The notes beneath the pieces were generated by a model. The model saw only the letters and a list, made by a program, of their open reading frames with translations, was not told the origin of the DNA and did not search any database. The position numbers and the translations under genes are program-made. A stretch of DNA of 64,000 bases from Salisapilia sapeloensis CBS 127946. Its lineage: Eukaryota > Protista > Oomycota. The stretch is taken from contig JAADVB010000032.1 of NCBI GenBank assembly GCA_023334545.1, positions 1 to 64,000 on the forward strand, read 5' to 3'. The number at the start of each line of letters is the position of its first letter. Position 1 is the stretch's first letter. Below, piece after piece: positions 61,201 to 64,000 of the stretch.

Positions 61201-62538
61201 ACGCCAAAAGTGTGTCGTACTCATACGTGCGCCAGCATGCTGATTCGGCCACGACGCAAAGAGGACGTCGATTGAATCCGCAGTCGGCGTCACATCCTCC
61301 ACGTCCTCTGCCGCCTGCTTCACACCACTAGTTCGTCTCTTCATCTTGCTCTTACTCGCCTTTTTCGATCCACCTTGACTCTTTCCATGCGTCGTCTTTC
61401 GCTCTGGACACTGGTCCTTTAGATGTCTTGCCATCATCGACTCTCGAATCGACTCGCCGCAGTTCGGACAAGGCTTAACACTCGCATGTTTGCGTTTACC
61501 TTTGGCTCGTCGACCGTCCTCACTCTCTGTCCCTTTATTTGTATGAAACTGGATGCGAGGAGGTTCGACACCAAACGCTGTGAAACGCTGCTTTCGATCC
61601 TCCAGGTCCCGCTGGACTAATTTCGACTGTAAACAAACGAGTTCATGCTCACTTAAGTCTTCCAGTGTGTACGAGACGCTTTCTAACGTCTCTGCTTCCT
61701 TCATCTCTTGCTCCATATCTTTGCGCTTGATATACTGGTTGCTCGCCTTGCGCTTTGGATTCATACGATTGACCGACGACAGTTTTCGATAGCAAAAGGG
61801 ACAAAAACCTTTCTTCTTCGGATGACTTTCTATCGTTTCGTCGACACGAGGTGACTTGAGCCATCGATCGTCCAGTAGCTCCGAGCCGTACGTTCGCATG
61901 TCCTTGAGGTGGGCACTGCAGTGGTACGTCTGCTGGTTCTCTGGCGTGTACCCGGTGAACACGTACGAGGACGGTGCTCGGATGCCACACATTGGATGGA
62001 AAGGGAAGGAACATCGACCGGTCCTACACTGGATGATCGGACCGCGTTGACTACAGACGCGACAGGATAGTTGCAGTCGACCTGGATCGAGCTCTCCGAT
62101 ACGAACGCGATCGTCCGGGTCTTCGTAAATAAGATTGGCTAGTTCTGGCAACCAGTTCACACACAAGATGTGCGCCCAAACGTTCGGCTGATCCGTCAGT
62201 CTTAACGCGCCACCTTCGACAGGGCACAAGGCACAGGATGGTCGAGGACGCTTGTTTGGAGGTAGTACGTCGAAACTGCTATCACCAGACTGCATGTGGC
62301 CGGCCTGGTATGCGCACGGCTCACATACCCAATCTTCTGGGGCTTCGACTTCCGCGTCCGGTACCATGGACCCGTGGCACTTAGTATGAATGTGCAAACC
62401 GCAGTCGCTGCATCGCATCATAGGCGATACGAACTCATCTACAAGTTCAAAGCAGACACAGCACGGCTCATCGCTATCGACATCGGGTACGATAGTCGCG
62501 TCTACTGGCGGCATGGTCAAATGGGAAAAATAACGCAA
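58255..62538 (-). CDS. BRPF/JADE/Nto1-like chromatin reader with three PHD + extended-PHD (PZP) modules
   Basis: Three PHD fingers (CCVC...HTKCHG..WVCEPC; CVVC...NPIVFCDKCNLAVHQRCYG..FFCDRC; CSAC...VHPEC..WICERC), each followed by a Zn-knuckle/ePHD (WAHILC, WIHVVCALW, WIHVLC). C-terminal LQDLRRSLERGRMLLEMARQRDR resembles the JADE/BRPF post-PZP helix. Confidence 0.85.
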   Translation of the reverse strand: MRYFSHLTMPPVDATIVPDVDSDEPCCVCFELVDEFVSPMMRCSDCGLHIHTKCHGSMVPDAEVEAPEDWVCEPCAYQAGHMQSGDSSFDVLPPNKRPRPSCALCPVEGGALRLTDQPNVWAHILCVNWLPELANLIYEDPDDRVRIGELDPGRLQLSCRVCSQRGPIIQCRTGRCSFPFHPMCGIRAPSSYVFTGYTPENQQTYHCSAHLKDMRTYGSELLDDRWLKSPRVDETIESHPKKKGFCPFCYRKLSSVNRMNPKRKASNQYIKRKDMEQEMKEAETLESVSYTLEDLSEHELVCLQSKLVQRDLEDRKQRFTAFGVEPPRIQFHTNKGTESEDGRRAKGKRKHASVKPCPNCGESIRESMMARHLKDQCPERKTTHGKSQGGSKKASKSKMKRRTSGVKQAAEDVEDVTPTADSIDVLFASWPNQHAGARMSTTHFWRVVNANCFSMKPLTKRRTDQLLKAACGARLEDLISVSDKASSVGKQSCTDSYVLYRKDDGSQGLALQTVLHACETAMRQSKTKCSTDVKAELKLEIDRAVANGTAKTKSAGNATQLRVLFMNESSQTSIQVVFSFAMSSDVPSTSAKELEWSPFVPNQVGELVGAELEKVELPSDTQHLYTAIESSEATSADVVKDPKLCTEELTPQINLLLDQYQEQMRRNRVNVRQLAHALEGDTQRHTAMQKASHHFEAYYRDYEAWKRLSHSLVTGYRHFQQPMLQAEPQEEVTDEMVDEHLDDGTCVVCFDGQSPEHNPIVFCDKCNLAVHQRCYGLPQVPANEFFCDRCRSHGDGMDPARDVFCQLCPIKDGAFKKTMDGKWIHVVCALWCPKVWIGDLHQLTSISLCQTSGQMRFLDPIKEAEKLAAQETLESEHVETRVLEQGGLCRYCRVACGRTIQCCADDCSVSYHALCAWFAGLSMTASNELPPSRRFIYAGGGAGLSFQLLCDSHFPEEYTSDVQDQQIRRRRRVRIDAYSSIVHDESVESPRKLQSAGGSSASTLLSEENVTSKDTIRADDRQLCSACFEYMSPPGESGWKDAADLTKRQLQVRCQYCNCFVHPECCISDLGDVSDVAQSNWICERCVAAGSRRQLQSCIVCEKEVGYLMSCSVQDKSSGSQQKATFDKWIHVLCCKYVKGKMTRRKNVLSAIVPSDMNDADASRQKCDLCGDKSKYLASCDGCTTRFHAICAAHEQFFIARSTRNNWRFFCKQHPPRDAVYDHKRLTWFTRETLTHLQDLRRSLERGRMLLEMARQRDRHLKRMFTFQEIPLYEMSTEVVLKKRPLPNAKKVYQSLTGEQMIDIRNRNKRPIKKNAAKGPPLKRVKKEEDVDRKPPSRAAKRQATMLMMEEAPKTKSVKESSLWVVEDEEHPEGVRRSSRLASTDETEMEDGEEGLKERFIGYLEKLPVDESFDDVIPKVFPELVDE

Positions 62539-63102
62539 GACGAATCCTCCAAGAACGTGGCGATTTCTTAATGACTAGTGATTTCCACTCGAATGTTACA
62601 ACGTATGGAGGTGCGGGTAGACTCGGGAAGGAGGAAGGTAGAAACTTGTGTCGTAGAACACAATGAAGACGTCCGTAGTAGCGACCGACGCGTGAATGAA
62701 GCGCCTTCGCGGTCTTTTTCGCTTTCTTGGTTTCTGTCGAGGCGAAGGTTTTTACTTGGATAATGTATGGTCTGCTCCAAATGTCGTTTTGGAGCGCGCA
62801 GATGGTTGCAAAAGTGACTATTTATATCGAGCAAGAATTGCGATTCTAGCCTAGTCCGGTCCCTTCACTTCAAGCTGAGGTGTCCACAACGATGTCAGCA
62901 AGATGTCCACATCAAGCCATGTCAGGACACATTAGACGATCGTTCTGGAGCTTGTTGGCGAAACTTCCCACTGGCTGGGTACTTTAGATGCTTTTAGACA
63001 TGAGAAACCCTCGGGCTACATCTCTTCATTTCTCTTCTTGCTTCTGAGCGGGAGGACACGTAGACAAGAACAACCACGGCGACCAGACGTACGACGGAAG
63101 CG

Positions 63103-64000
63103 ATGAAGCAAGTGAGAAATACAAACCACGACAAAATTGGAAACAAAGATCGATCTATGAGAGCTCATATAGAGCTCCAGAGCTATCGACTAACTGGCTT
63201 CTCAAGATCACCCGCATGCCTACTAGCACTCGCTGGAGCTTTCGTCTTTCTCATCTTTCAAATCATTCTTTGGAACGGAACCCCTACCCAATCTTCAGTT
63301 AAGACCACTGAATACAGTCTACAGGACTTTAAGTGGCCGGCGGCGGTCGTGCTGAATGGAAACCCATCGAAAAGCAAGGCAACCTTGCCTCGCGAATATC
63401 CGAACAATGCCACGAACTTGTTCACATGTGACCTACCTTCGTTGCGATATGGATGCGACATGAACAGCAAAGTTGGTTGTCAGGCATATCCGCAACTCTT
63501 TGCAATTGGGGATTTAATCAACAACTGGTCACCCGAAGAGCCATCGCCTCCGTCGACAACCTTTGCAAGTATTTGTCGGTTTAATATCTCTTCACCAGTG
63601 AGTACTTTCATTGAAATCTTGTGATCATCTACTGATTGATTTATGAGATAGTATGAATTCGAGCTGGCTAAAGTCTTCCGACAAATGGAAGTCCCATTTG
63701 TCGCTTACGGTATTCCGGAGCTCGATCGAGCGTCGAAAACGTGGACGCACGAATATCTCACTGAAAAGCTCACTAGTGACGAAGCGTACGTTGTCCATGT
63801 CACCAAGACTAGCCACTACATGTATCACGATCAGATGGGGAGTTTTGAGGAGGATTCCCTTCCATACAAAGAGCAGATGCTGACCTACCCAGCTTTCTTG
63901 GATCTCATCTCTAAGGCCGCGAGCACGACAGGTTCTCCGTTTTACTACCTGTTGCTGCACAACAGTGATATCAGCAACTTTTCGAGTTTCATTCACGAAG
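63103..64000 (+). CDS. Type II membrane-anchored JmjC/cupin-8-like protein, 3'-truncated
   Basis: TM helix LLALAGAFVFLIFQIILW; intron 63598-63651 (GTGAGT...ATAG); exon 2 YEFELAKVFRQMEVPFVAYGIPELDRASKTWTHEYL...LTYPAFLD resembles the cupin-8 N-terminal P-x-x-x-x-...W..YL pattern. The catalytic HxD...H residues would lie beyond the window. Confidence 0.55.

Noticed and set aside
1-64000. GC-richer genes (CHD, GAE, XPOT, DSPs, PZP) against AT-richer genes as a possible HGT or chimeric-assembly signal
   Set aside because: The GC-richer genes include core eukaryotic housekeeping genes, so codon bias is the simpler explanation; this is a visual impression only and was not computed.
1-64000. tRNA, rRNA, snRNA, CRISPR array, LTR or TIR transposon
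   Set aside because: No cloverleaf or box A/B pattern, rRNA signature, regularly spaced direct repeats, RT/integrase/DDE ORF or terminal repeats were seen by eye; tRNAscan-SE, Infernal and RepeatModeler would be decisive.

Overview
Eukaryotic, gene-dense genomic DNA, most consistent with an oomycete or related stramenopile. Support for that: 46-72 nt GT-AG introns with CTAAT/CTAAC/CTGAT branch sites, about 110-250 bp head-to-head intergenic gaps, M96/START-like family genes and flagellar genes. About 27 protein-coding genes are supported; several are spliced and are fragmented or missed by the ORF track. No rRNA, tRNA, CRISPR array or intact transposon was recognised. The most striking observations are unusual domain architectures found by hand translation: (1) a CHD6-9-type remodeler with PDZ + AP2/ERF + QLQ domains ahead of its chromodomains; (2) an atypical SDR fused to a bacterial-type CbiX/SirB chelatase, 7 kb from uroporphyrinogen-III synthase; (3) a 2,080-aa Sfi1-repeat protein with a 5+3 higher-order repeat and a GAF domain; (4) a kinesin that has lost its catalytic motifs, and an intact kinesin with three CxxH-x4-CxxC tail repeats; (5) an IFT54-like CH + Tudor-like + EF-hand protein; (6) a rhodanese-DSP-FYVE phosphatase with a tandem paralog; (7) a triple-PZP chromatin reader; (8) two spliced microproteins (53 and 57 aa) absent from the ORF track. 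All family assignments come from motif recognition by eye; no database search was run.
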